Origin: Planctomycetota bacterium | GTDB taxonomy: Bacteria > Planctomycetota > SZUA-567 > H5-PLA8 | Assembly: GCA_045863855.1 (NCBI GenBank) | Contig: BTVV01000007.1 | Location: 1-64,000, forward strand | Direction: 5' to 3' | DNA: 64,000 nt | The notes under the pieces: model-generated | The model's input: the letters and a program-made list of their open reading frames with translations, nothing else | Databases searched by the model: none | What the model was told of the DNA's origin: nothing | Program-made: the position numbers and the translations under genes | In this document: positions 21,798-30,071 of the stretch, in pieces | Layout of the letters: each line of letters starts with the position of its first letter | How positions within the stretch are numbered: position 1 is the first letter of the stretch

Positions 21798-23498
21798 ATG
21801 GCGATTCGTGCACGGGTAAAGTGGGCTACCATCGGTGCAGTCGTGCTGCTGGGGGCGCTGCTGGCTGCCTTCAGCGACTGGACCGGCTTGGAAAGCGAAG
21901 TCCTGGCCGATCCGCAGGGAATCAAATACACCGGAGCGGGCGCGTGCAGCGCGGCGGCCTGCCACGGTTCGGCGACGCCCAAGGAGGGCGGCGCCACTCG
22001 GCACAATGAAAACCACGTCTGGGCAAACAACGACAAGCACTCCAAGGCCTATACCTCGCTCTCCAACGACGTTTCCAAAGAGCTGGCCAAGAAGCTGAAT
22101 ATCCCAGACGCGACCAAGAGCGAGAAGTGCATCGACTGCCATGCGCTGTCCGGTTTGCATCTGGCCAACGGGGCCAAGCGCATCGTGCTCAAGCCTGAAG
22201 ATATTCAGGCTAAGGGGTACAGCATCGAGGACGGCGTGAGCTGCGACAGTTGCCACGGCCCGGCGGACAAGTACCTCAAGGCGCACACCGAAAAGGGCTG
22301 GACCGATAAGCTGCGCAAAGAGTTGGGCGCCCAGAAGCTCTACGACGAATGGGGGCTGTACGACACGAAGAACATGAAGTTCCGCGCCAACCAGTGCATC
22401 TCCTGCCACTTGCAGATCAGCTCCGAACTGATTCAGGCCGGCCACCCCGAGCTTCCCTTCGAGCTGCACGTTTTCAGTTCGGACGAAGGCTGGATCCACT
22501 GGCGCGACAAGACGCCGTGGTCGGGGACCAAGGCGTGGGCGATGGGCCAGACGGTCGCGCTGCGCGAGGCGGCGTATCAGCTTGCCGGACGCATGGAGCA
22601 GAAGGCGCGCGAAGACCTGGTCGTGGACAGCTACTACCAGTTGGCGGCGCACGCGTTGATGGCCCGTCACGTCGCGGCGGCGGTCGATAAGGCCAAGCTC
22701 GACGAACTGGACAAGCAGCTCAAGGCGGCGCACGACGGCTGGGCCGATCCGGCCAAGGCCGCCGCGGCCCTGAAGGAAATGGCCAAAGCCGCCGAAGCGC
22801 TGGCGGATGCGGTGGACAAGTTCGCCTTTACCGAAGAGGTGACGACCAAGTGGCGCTCGGGCATCGCCGCCGAAGGCGAAGCCTGCGGCAACGTCGGCTT
22901 CCGTGCCGCCGAGCAGCTTGTTCTTTCGCTTACGTCGCTCTCGATGGTCCTGGACAAGGAAGGCAAGGGCGACGCCGACGCGCGGCAGGCGACGATGGAC
23001 AAGCTCTACGAAGTGCTTGCCACGCGCGAGGACTTCGACAAGAAGAAGTTCATCCCGGTCGCCAAGACGCTGGGCGACACCTTCAAGGGCGGTACGGCGA
23101 TTCCGATGCCTCCGGGCGGCCCCGGCGCCGGCGCGGCCTCCGCTCCGGCCGTGGCCGAAGCCAAGACGCCCGAATCGCCGCCCGCGGCCAAGACCGAGGC
23201 GCCCAAGGTCGAAGCGAAGACCGAGGCTCCGGCCGCGCCTCCGGAAGCCAAGACCGAAGCTCCGAAGGTCGAAGCGAAGACCGAAGCCCCCGCGGCCACG
23301 CCGCCCAAGGTTGAGTCCACGCCGCCGCCCACTCAGGAAGATCCGTCCAAGCGCACGCCGTTGACCAAGGAAGAGTGGGGCAAGTTCGTCTTCTGCCCCG
23401 AATGCGGCGTGAAGTGGCCGAAGGACTACAAGTACTGCGTCCGTTGCGGGCACGGTCTGCCGGACATCGAGAAGATCATGAAGGAAGCCGGCAAGTAA
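21798..23498 (+). CDS. Exported multiheme cytochrome c (c554-like N-terminal domain; 3 CxxCH + 1 CX4CH) with a helical domain, AKTE linker and zinc-ribbon-like tail
   Basis: YTGAGACSAAACHG, CIDCH, EDGVSCDSCHGP, CISCH; N-terminal signal/TM; tail CPEC...CVRCG. Confidence 0.85.
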   Translation: MAIRARVKWATIGAVVLLGALLAAFSDWTGLESEVLADPQGIKYTGAGACSAAACHGSATPKEGGATRHNENHVWANNDKHSKAYTSLSNDVSKELAKKLNIPDATKSEKCIDCHALSGLHLANGAKRIVLKPEDIQAKGYSIEDGVSCDSCHGPADKYLKAHTEKGWTDKLRKELGAQKLYDEWGLYDTKNMKFRANQCISCHLQISSELIQAGHPELPFELHVFSSDEGWIHWRDKTPWSGTKAWAMGQTVALREAAYQLAGRMEQKAREDLVVDSYYQLAAHALMARHVAAAVDKAKLDELDKQLKAAHDGWADPAKAAAALKEMAKAAEALADAVDKFAFTEEVTTKWRSGIAAEGEACGNVGFRAAEQLVLSLTSLSMVLDKEGKGDADARQATMDKLYEVLATREDFDKKKFIPVAKTLGDTFKGGTAIPMPPGGPGAGAASAPAVAEAKTPESPPAAKTEAPKVEAKTEAPAAPPEAKTEAPKVEAKTEAPAATPPKVESTPPPTQEDPSKRTPLTKEEWGKFVFCPECGVKWPKDYKYCVRCGHGLPDIEKIMKEAGK

Positions 23499-23523
23499 GA
23501 CCTCCGCCAGATCATCCTTCCGG

Positions 23524-23552
23524 AAAAGCCCCGCCTGCGTGCGGGGCTTTTT
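23524..23552 (+). terminator. Rho-independent terminator
   Basis: AAAAGCCCCGC-ctgcgt-GCGGGGCTTTTT just after the stop at 23498. Confidence 0.85.
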
Positions 23553-23665
23553 CATGGGCGCGGTTCGGACGGCCCGGACCGCGCCGGGCGGAAACCTGAG
23601 AATTGCGGGCGCGGTCCCGAAGATAGGGCGGCCGCTAAACCGAAGGACGCGAGAAGCGAGGGCGC

Positions 23666-23779
23666 ATGTCCAGCGATCGATTCGCCGAACTGCTGCGCGC
23701 CGCGCACCGGATCCTCGTCTTTACCGGCGCGGATATCTCTACCGGCAGCGGAATCCCGGACTTCCAAGGATATACCTAG
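23666..23779 (+). pseudogene. cobB: Orphaned original 5' end of the sirtuin gene
   Basis: Translates MSSDRFAELLRAAHRILVFTGADISTGSGIPDFQGYT*; GAGGG RBS; host-like GC-rich codons; Sir2 GAG motif changed to GAD. Confidence 0.85.
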
Positions 23780-23808
23780 ACGTGATTGCGCCAATTGCGG
23801 CATATAGG

Positions 23809-24123
23809 CTATCTTTCAAGCATCCCGGTACGCAGTACTTCGCCTGTCGTACAATCGATAATTATGATGGCATTACAACCCATGACCTTTGTATTCGTAC
23901 GAACATGCCATGTTCGAAGGGTCCTTTGCATTTGCATGTCATTGAACGGAAGGTCGTTCCTCATGCATGCCTCAGTTGCAATCCTTACGACTACTTCCTC
24001 CGTTAGTGCGGAAGGAAAGAACGTCCTGAAGAAGACCTGCCTTAGAAAGTCCAAGGCAAATAACCCAACGAAACAAAGAACGATAAAAATTATTGATTTA
24101 ATAACAACTGATATCATCAACAT
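23809..24123 (-). CDS. Small membrane-anchored PepSY-like/immunity-like protein
   Basis: GGAGG RBS; N-terminal TM helix; LTEEVVVRIA...WHVRTN...IIIDCTTGEVL; low GC. Confidence 0.6.
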   Translation of the reverse strand: MLMISVVIKSIIFIVLCFVGLFALDFLRQVFFRTFFPSALTEEVVVRIATEACMRNDLPFNDMQMQRTLRTWHVRTNTKVMGCNAIIIIDCTTGEVLRTGMLER

Positions 24124-24192
24124 TAGGCCTCCATGTAATGGGAAGATCTTGACGCAAACCGTTTGGACGTCAGGATTCGCCCACTCTTACCC

Positions 24193-24924
24193 TTACGAAT
24201 TATCAGTGTGCTCAGGATCAGCTAGTTTCTGCAAATGGCGAATAGTGGGCTTCGGAAGTTCAAGATAATCCGGTTTGTAGATATGATACGGGCTTTGGAG
24301 AATTCGACGGTCAATCTTTACCGACCTATTTCGCGCTACGGATCGAGATTCATAGTAGTTGGCAAGACGTCGCTGGAATGAGGATACTGTAATGTCCTTG
24401 ATCTGTGGCGGTGGTGAAATCACTTCACCCGTTGTATCGTCTACCAAATAATAAAAGCCAACAGCACATTCGACCATTGTGACCTGGTCGTACTTAGAGA
24501 GTCTGATGGAATGCGACCAAGGGTAGCCATTCTTTCTTGAAAACAAATAGGCACACATGACAGCGGAATAGCGGGTTCCAACATTTACGTCTGGATTGTA
24601 TTCTCCTGGATATTTAAGAAGGATCCCAGCATAGATGTCGATGCGGGCACCCCAACCGGGACTGGGAACTAAAGGTGAGACGACGTAATTCCAAGCCTGC
24701 AATTCTTCGTCCCGAAAGGATAAACAATCTCCCAGATTAATATGCTTATACCTATCTCGGAAAATTTCTTCTGCCTTGCGGATCGATATCTGAGGGTCAG
24801 GTAATTTATATGCTTTCCTTGCATTGCGAATCACGATAACCCAGAATTTTTTCCATAAATAGAAAATGACCCAGACTAAACATGCCGGTGAAAGGAAAAT
24901 AAAGCAGATCAAAAGGATATCCAT
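24193..24924 (-). CDS. Membrane-anchored hypothetical protein with two PepSY-like units
   Basis: N-terminal TM helix (MDILLICFIFLSPACLVWVIFYLW); ISIRKAEEI...RIDIYAGILL and NGYPW...LVDDTTGEVI; low GC. Confidence 0.55.
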   Translation of the reverse strand: MDILLICFIFLSPACLVWVIFYLWKKFWVIVIRNARKAYKLPDPQISIRKAEEIFRDRYKHINLGDCLSFRDEELQAWNYVVSPLVPSPGWGARIDIYAGILLKYPGEYNPDVNVGTRYSAVMCAYLFSRKNGYPWSHSIRLSKYDQVTMVECAVGFYYLVDDTTGEVISPPPQIKDITVSSFQRRLANYYESRSVARNRSVKIDRRILQSPYHIYKPDYLELPKPTIRHLQKLADPEHTDNS

Positions 24925-25675
24925 GACAAATACGGCCCTTGTCCATTTGATGCAAACTTGCAACCACCTCCTAGTTTTTACTGGAGCAGGGGTATCGACG
25001 GGTAGTGGAATCCCGGACTTCCGCGGCCCGCAGGGCGTTTGGAAGACGTTCCAGCCGGTCTACTATCAGGACTTCATGACCGACCACGCCGCCCGGGTGG
25101 AGTACTGGAGCCAGAAGCTGCACGCCTTCGAAGCCTTTTCGAAGGCGCGTCCCAATGCGGCGCACCGCGCCGTCGCCGAACTGCACGCGGCGGGCAAGCT
25201 CGAGCGCTGCGTCACCCAGAACATCGATGGCTTGCACCAGGCCGCGGGATTGCCGCGTGAAGCGCTGGTCGAAGTCCACGGCACGGCCACCGAGGTCGAA
25301 TGCCAGACCTGCAAAGCGCGCAGCGCGCCGGCCCCTCACTTCGAAGCCTTCGCGCGCACGCGCACGCCGCCCGTCTGCGCCTGCGGCGGGTGGCTCAAGT
25401 CGGCAACGGTCAGCTTTGGGCAAGCCTTGCGCGAGGAAGACCTATTGAACGCGTACGAGGCGGCTCAGCGCTGCGATCTGTGCGTGGCGCTGGGCAGCAC
25501 CTTATCGGTCCATCCGGCCGCCAGCATTCCGCTGGCCACGGCCAAGCGTGGCGTGCCTTACGTCATCGTCAACCAGGGCCCGACCGACCAGGACGGCGAA
25601 GCGTGCGTGACCCTGCGGCTGGAAGGCGACGTGGGAACGATCTGGCCAGAGGCGGTTCGGCAAGCGCTTGAGTAA
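24923..25675 (+). CDS. cobB: NAD-dependent protein deacylase (Sir2 family) with an AT-rich replacement N-terminus
   Basis: VFTGAGVSTGSGIPDFRGPQGVW, PNAAH, TQNIDGLH, EVHG, Zn-binding CxxC...CxC, GSTLSVHPA, IVN; AAGGA upstream of ATG 24923. Confidence 0.9.
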   Translation: MTNTALVHLMQTCNHLLVFTGAGVSTGSGIPDFRGPQGVWKTFQPVYYQDFMTDHAARVEYWSQKLHAFEAFSKARPNAAHRAVAELHAAGKLERCVTQNIDGLHQAAGLPREALVEVHGTATEVECQTCKARSAPAPHFEAFARTRTPPVCACGGWLKSATVSFGQALREEDLLNAYEAAQRCDLCVALGSTLSVHPAASIPLATAKRGVPYVIVNQGPTDQDGEACVTLRLEGDVGTIWPEAVRQALE

Positions 25676-25784
25676 AGCCTGTTTCCAGTTTTGAGTTTCC
25701 ATTTGGCGGCCAACGGCAACGCGGGCGGAACCCATCCGCTTGCGAAGCCCTTGCCGTTACCTGGCAAAAACTGGGAATCGACCC

Positions 25785-27839
25785 TTACGCTTTGGCGGTG
25801 ACTTCCAACTCTTCGTCGATGGGGTCGGTGGCGGTGAGCTTTTCTTCCGCGTCGGCATCGGGCTCTTCGGCGTTGGAATCGTGCCGGAAGGCGTAGTTGC
25901 GCCAGATGGCCACGGTGACGAAGAGCAGATCCAGGCAGACCAGTCCCAAGACGTACTGCTGGCCCATATTGGCGCCGGCGCCGTAACTGTGCAGTCCCGA
26001 ACCGAGCACGAAGTTCACGCCGTACCATGCCATCACCACGGAAATGAAGCTCACCACCGCGCCGACGCTGAGCCCAAAGTTGCCCCACCAGCCGGTGAAG
26101 CGTCCGTGCAGGAATACCAGGTAGCACAGCAGCGCGATGAAGGCCCACGTTTCCTTCGGATCCCAGCCCCAGAAGCGGCCCCAGGAATAGTACGCCCAGA
26201 CCCCGCCCAGGATCGTCCCGGTGGCCAGGAGCAGGACGCCGACTTGCACGACGCGATAGACGAAGCCGTGCAACTGGCGGTGGCGGACTTGGGCGCCGGG
26301 AGTGACGATGTACGAGCCCAAGGTCACGTGGGCGATCAGCCAGGCCAGCGCGAAGGCGGCGTAGCTGGCGGTGATGGTCAGCACGTGGACGGTAAGCCAG
26401 AAGTTATCGCGCAGCACCGGGACGAGCGGATTGATCTTCGCCTCGAAGCCCGGCAAGTGCGCGTTGCCCGCGAAATAGGGCACCAGGTCCATCAGCATCA
26501 GGCAGAGGAACCCGCCCATGGCCCCGCCGAGCAGGTAATAGCGGGTCCGGTAAAGGGCTTCGAAGGCCAGCGCGAACGCCACGCAGCCGAAACCGACCCA
26601 GATGACCGATTCGTACATGTTCGTCACAGGCGGGCGGCCGGCGATCAAACAACGCTGGGTGAAGCCCCAAATGTGGTAACCCAAGCCCAGGACGAAGCAG
26701 CCCCAAGCGCCCAGGTAGAAGGGCTTGTTGGCGAACTTCAAGGCCACGGAGCAGACAACGGCCGCGATCATGTACCAGCGCCACGCGCTGCCGAAAGGGC
26801 GCGCCTCGTTAAAGCGAATCTCGCGCAAGAGCGCCGTCTGGTCGGGGTACACGCCGGGGCTCATCGAGGCCAGCGAAGTGCGCAGGTCCGCGGCGGTCTT
26901 GGAGAAGGCTTCCTTGTCGCGCGCGCGGTAGGCCAGCATGAACTGCTTGGCCTTGTCGTTGAGGGCGAAGAGCTGGTCTTCCGTGTAGTTGTTCGCGTAA
27001 TCCATCACCAGCTTCTGGGCCAATTCGGTGTGCCCGCTGTAGCGCTGCTGCGCGACGATCTCGGTGGCCTGCGGCGGATTCTGCTCGATCGCCCGGAATT
27101 CGCGCAGGCTGATCCACGTGCCGTCCGGATCGGCGGGGTGGGGGACGATATGCACGGCCTCCCCGGTGACGATCTTGCGCATCAGTTCCAGCCGCGCGCC
27201 GACCAGTTCGGCCTCCTGCTCCAGCGCCGACATCTCCTTTTCCTTCTCGGCATGGCGCTTGGCGAGGGCCTCGCCGTACAGCTTGTTGAACGTCTCGTTC
27301 TCGATGAGCTGTTGAATGGAGAAATGCTTCTTGGCCGGATCGAGCCCCAGTTCGACGCGCAGCGGGCGATGCGAAACCAGGACCACGGGCTCTTTGTACC
27401 ACTGCCGCGTGTTGAGCCACATGGCCAGGAACAGGTCGATGGCTTCGCGCGGCGCGCCGGTGGACGGATCTTTGAAGGTCGGCGCGCTGTTGATCAGCGC
27501 GATGGATCGCCCGCAGATCTGCTCCAGGCTTTCGACGGCATACGTATGCAGCGGCTTCTTACGCCCGCCTTCCTGAATGGCCAGGCTCTCGATGGCGCGA
27601 AAATCCAATTCGCCTTCCAGCACCGCCGGCGGGAGCTTCTCTTCGGGCTCCTCGTTGGCGGCCGGGGCGCCGTGCGGATCGGACCCGTGTTTGTGCCCGG
27701 CATGCGGATCGGGCAGCTTCCCGTGCGGATCGATCGTGCCGCCGTGCGGGTCCTCGCCGGCCCAAGCCATGCCCGCGCCGAAGGCCAGCAGCAACGCCGC
27801 CGCCCGCAGGCTCCACACTCGCATCACATTCGTCATCAT
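25785..27839 (-). CDS. ccsA: Cytochrome c biogenesis System II heme-ligation protein with a large N-terminal periplasmic domain
   Basis: WWD domain GGVWAYYSWGRFWGWDPKETW; WLTVHV and GLHSY conserved His; RPPVTNMYES; signal peptide; AAGGAAG RBS. Confidence 0.92.
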   Translation of the reverse strand: MMTNVMRVWSLRAAALLLAFGAGMAWAGEDPHGGTIDPHGKLPDPHAGHKHGSDPHGAPAANEEPEEKLPPAVLEGELDFRAIESLAIQEGGRKKPLHTYAVESLEQICGRSIALINSAPTFKDPSTGAPREAIDLFLAMWLNTRQWYKEPVVLVSHRPLRVELGLDPAKKHFSIQQLIENETFNKLYGEALAKRHAEKEKEMSALEQEAELVGARLELMRKIVTGEAVHIVPHPADPDGTWISLREFRAIEQNPPQATEIVAQQRYSGHTELAQKLVMDYANNYTEDQLFALNDKAKQFMLAYRARDKEAFSKTAADLRTSLASMSPGVYPDQTALLREIRFNEARPFGSAWRWYMIAAVVCSVALKFANKPFYLGAWGCFVLGLGYHIWGFTQRCLIAGRPPVTNMYESVIWVGFGCVAFALAFEALYRTRYYLLGGAMGGFLCLMLMDLVPYFAGNAHLPGFEAKINPLVPVLRDNFWLTVHVLTITASYAAFALAWLIAHVTLGSYIVTPGAQVRHRQLHGFVYRVVQVGVLLLATGTILGGVWAYYSWGRFWGWDPKETWAFIALLCYLVFLHGRFTGWWGNFGLSVGAVVSFISVVMAWYGVNFVLGSGLHSYGAGANMGQQYVLGLVCLDLLFVTVAIWRNYAFRHDSNAEEPDADAEEKLTATDPIDEELEVTAKA

Positions 27840-27840
27840 C

Positions 27841-29838
27841 TCAAGCTTCCTTGCCGACTTGTTCCTGCGCAACCGCCGCAAGCTTTCCGGCGCTGGCGGC
27901 CGCGGCGGCCGGAGACTGCGGAGCTTTCGCCGTCCGCTTCGCCGGCCCGCTCTTAAAGTACGGCTTCAAGTAGAACATCGTGAAGATGCCGAAGCAGATC
28001 ATCAGGCAGCCCACCCACTTGGGCGCCCAGCCCGGATCCCGCAAAACTTGAATCCCCGACCAGTCGGGGCGGGGGGGCGTCAAGAGCATGCCGTGGCTGG
28101 CCTGGGAGAACTTGTACGTCGTCCCCAACCACGGTCCTGCCGCGGTGACGGGGTAGGTGGTGGGGTTGTTCATGTAGATTTTGGCCTGGTGATCGCCTTC
28201 GAAGCGCAAGGTGCTCTCGAAAGCCGCAAAGGCGTTGGAACCTTCCAGGCCTTCCTGGTGCGGCGCGGCCGTCTGGACCAATTCGAGCGCGAACGGGAGT
28301 TCCACGGTGCGCGCGGCGAAGGCCAGTTCGATTTTCTTATCGCCGAAGGTGAGCGCCTGGCGCACCGGCTTGAGCGGATCGCCGCTCTTGCCCAGCCACA
28401 TCGTCTGCGTCTCGCCGTTGTACGTGACATGCGCGTGCAATCCGAAGGCATGGCGCTTGGCGGCCATCGGCGTCGTTTCGCCCACGGGAGCCCAGGCGAA
28501 CTTGGGGCGCGCCTTGGGGCTGAACTCTTTGACCGAAATCTTGGAACCGGGAATGAACCCTTCGAACGTCTCGCCCATCGTCACGTCGCCGCGCTGTTCG
28601 CCTTTCTGCCGCGACTTCATGAAATAGCGCAGCTTGCCGTCCTCGCCCAGGAAGAAGGTCAACTGGTTAAGGTTCGGATCGCCAAACTCGCCGGCGGGTT
28701 TGCCGTGCGGACCGGCCGGCTGGCCGTGCGGATTCGCCTGCGGCTTGGGGCCTTCGTCCTTGACCAGCGGGCCGACCAATTCGAACGCGACGGCCGGATT
28801 TTCGGGCTTCTCGTTCAGGGTCGCCGGCTGATTGCCTTGCATGCGGAAGTTGGGGAAATAGCCCCGGACGATCACCTTCCAGTCCGGCAGCCCTTCGAAC
28901 GGCTGGTCCTGGCCGATCTTGCCGCGGACGCCGAAATCGGCCGACTTGCCTTCCAGCGTGACGCGCAAAATCACGATCTGGCCGTCCTCGCTGACCGAAA
29001 CTTCCGACTTCGCCCCGGTCGCCTCGCCCGCCATTACAATGGCCGGGACCTGATCTTTAAGCGCTTCCTTGGAAAACTGATAATGCCGCTCGCGGCGTGG
29101 AACCATCTTGCCCTCGCCGGAAGCCGTTTCGGGGGTCGCGCCTGCGGCGCTCGGTTCGGGCGGCAGGCCGCTGATGAAGCTCACCGTGGCCGGCCCCAAA
29201 TTTTCCTGCTGATTGAGGAACAGGACCTGATCGTGCGCCCCGCCCATCTGCGGCGCCTCCAGCGTCCAGAGCAGCGCCGCCATGCCCGAATCGTCTTCAA
29301 CCGGCTCCAGGCCCGTGATCGTCGCCGCCACCGGCTCCAGGTCGATGAAATCGACGCTCAAGCCCGGTATGCCGGTCTGCATGCTGAAATTCTTCTCTTT
29401 CCTCTGCTTGAGCAGGTCGACCTTGAACGGTGTGCGCGTGATCTCTTTCCCGTCCACCCAAAGCGTGGTTTCTTCTTCGTGGAGTTCCATGATGTTGGTG
29501 GGCGTTTCGCCGATGGTAAGCGGCACGAAACCTTCGATGCCCCAAAGCCGGTCGATGATCCCGCCGATCAAGAGCAGAATAATGCCGGCATGGGTGATCA
29601 CGAAGCCCGTCAGGTGCGGCTTCCAGGGGTAGCGGACCATTGCGGCGCAGAACAGATTGACAATCAGGACCGCCAGCCAGACGTTGAACCACATCGCGTT
29701 GTACACGTACGCGCGAGCCACCTCGGTATTGAAGTTGCTTTCGACGATCGTGCCGTAGGCACAGGCGGCGGCCAGCACAATGAGCAGGATAATGGCCAGC
29801 TTAAGCGAGCCACAGAAACGGAAGATCGAGCGAAACAT
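27841..29838 (-). CDS. resB: Cytochrome c biogenesis protein, ResB/CcsB-like
   Basis: SLKLAIILL...GTIVES...VYNAMWF...GFVITHAGIILLLIG; C-terminal RDPGW plus TM helix; directly upstream of ccsA. Confidence 0.8.
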   Translation of the reverse strand: MFRSIFRFCGSLKLAIILLIVLAAACAYGTIVESNFNTEVARAYVYNAMWFNVWLAVLIVNLFCAAMVRYPWKPHLTGFVITHAGIILLLIGGIIDRLWGIEGFVPLTIGETPTNIMELHEEETTLWVDGKEITRTPFKVDLLKQRKEKNFSMQTGIPGLSVDFIDLEPVAATITGLEPVEDDSGMAALLWTLEAPQMGGAHDQVLFLNQQENLGPATVSFISGLPPEPSAAGATPETASGEGKMVPRRERHYQFSKEALKDQVPAIVMAGEATGAKSEVSVSEDGQIVILRVTLEGKSADFGVRGKIGQDQPFEGLPDWKVIVRGYFPNFRMQGNQPATLNEKPENPAVAFELVGPLVKDEGPKPQANPHGQPAGPHGKPAGEFGDPNLNQLTFFLGEDGKLRYFMKSRQKGEQRGDVTMGETFEGFIPGSKISVKEFSPKARPKFAWAPVGETTPMAAKRHAFGLHAHVTYNGETQTMWLGKSGDPLKPVRQALTFGDKKIELAFAARTVELPFALELVQTAAPHQEGLEGSNAFAAFESTLRFEGDHQAKIYMNNPTTYPVTAAGPWLGTTYKFSQASHGMLLTPPRPDWSGIQVLRDPGWAPKWVGCLMICFGIFTMFYLKPYFKSGPAKRTAKAPQSPAAAAASAGKLAAVAQEQVGKEA

Positions 29839-30006
29839 GCCGGTTCCCAATTCGAGCTGCTCAGCAGCTTATGCGTAAACTGTCCTAAAGAGACGCGCCG
29901 TAGCGGCCTCGTCCATCAATGAATCCCCAGGCAACAAGCCGATTTCCGGTGCATCCTTAGGCGGCAGTATGGTACTCCAAACCCTTTTCAAAGCACAGGA
30001 AATGCC

Positions 30007-30042
30007 AGACGGCAGCGGGCCTTGCGGACCACGCTGCCGTCT
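30007..30042 (-). terminator. Hairpin downstream of the heme-binding protein gene, possible terminator
   Basis: AGACGGCAGCG...CGCTGCCGTCT 11-bp stem; weak U-tract. Confidence 0.4.
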
Positions 30043-30071
30043 TGAAAGGCAGGTGCAGGAATAGGGTAGAC

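Larger units (their letters stand above)
23750..25022. mobile_element. Low-GC insertion (minimal island remnant) bounded by a 16-bp direct repeat inside the cobB GIPDF codons
   Basis: GGAATCCCGGACTTCC at 23750-23765 and 25007-25022; sharp drop in GC between them; no integrase gene inside. Confidence 0.65.

Noticed and set aside
21448..23320. Recurrent GCCAAGACCGAA units as a CRISPR or other DNA repeat array
   Set aside because: They are in-frame, degenerate at synonymous positions and irregularly spaced, so they are peptide repeats; no cas genes are present
24923..25675. Sir2-based anti-phage system (Thoeris/DSR-like)
   Set aside because: The protein is a canonical zinc-binding CobB-type deacylase with no defence partner genes
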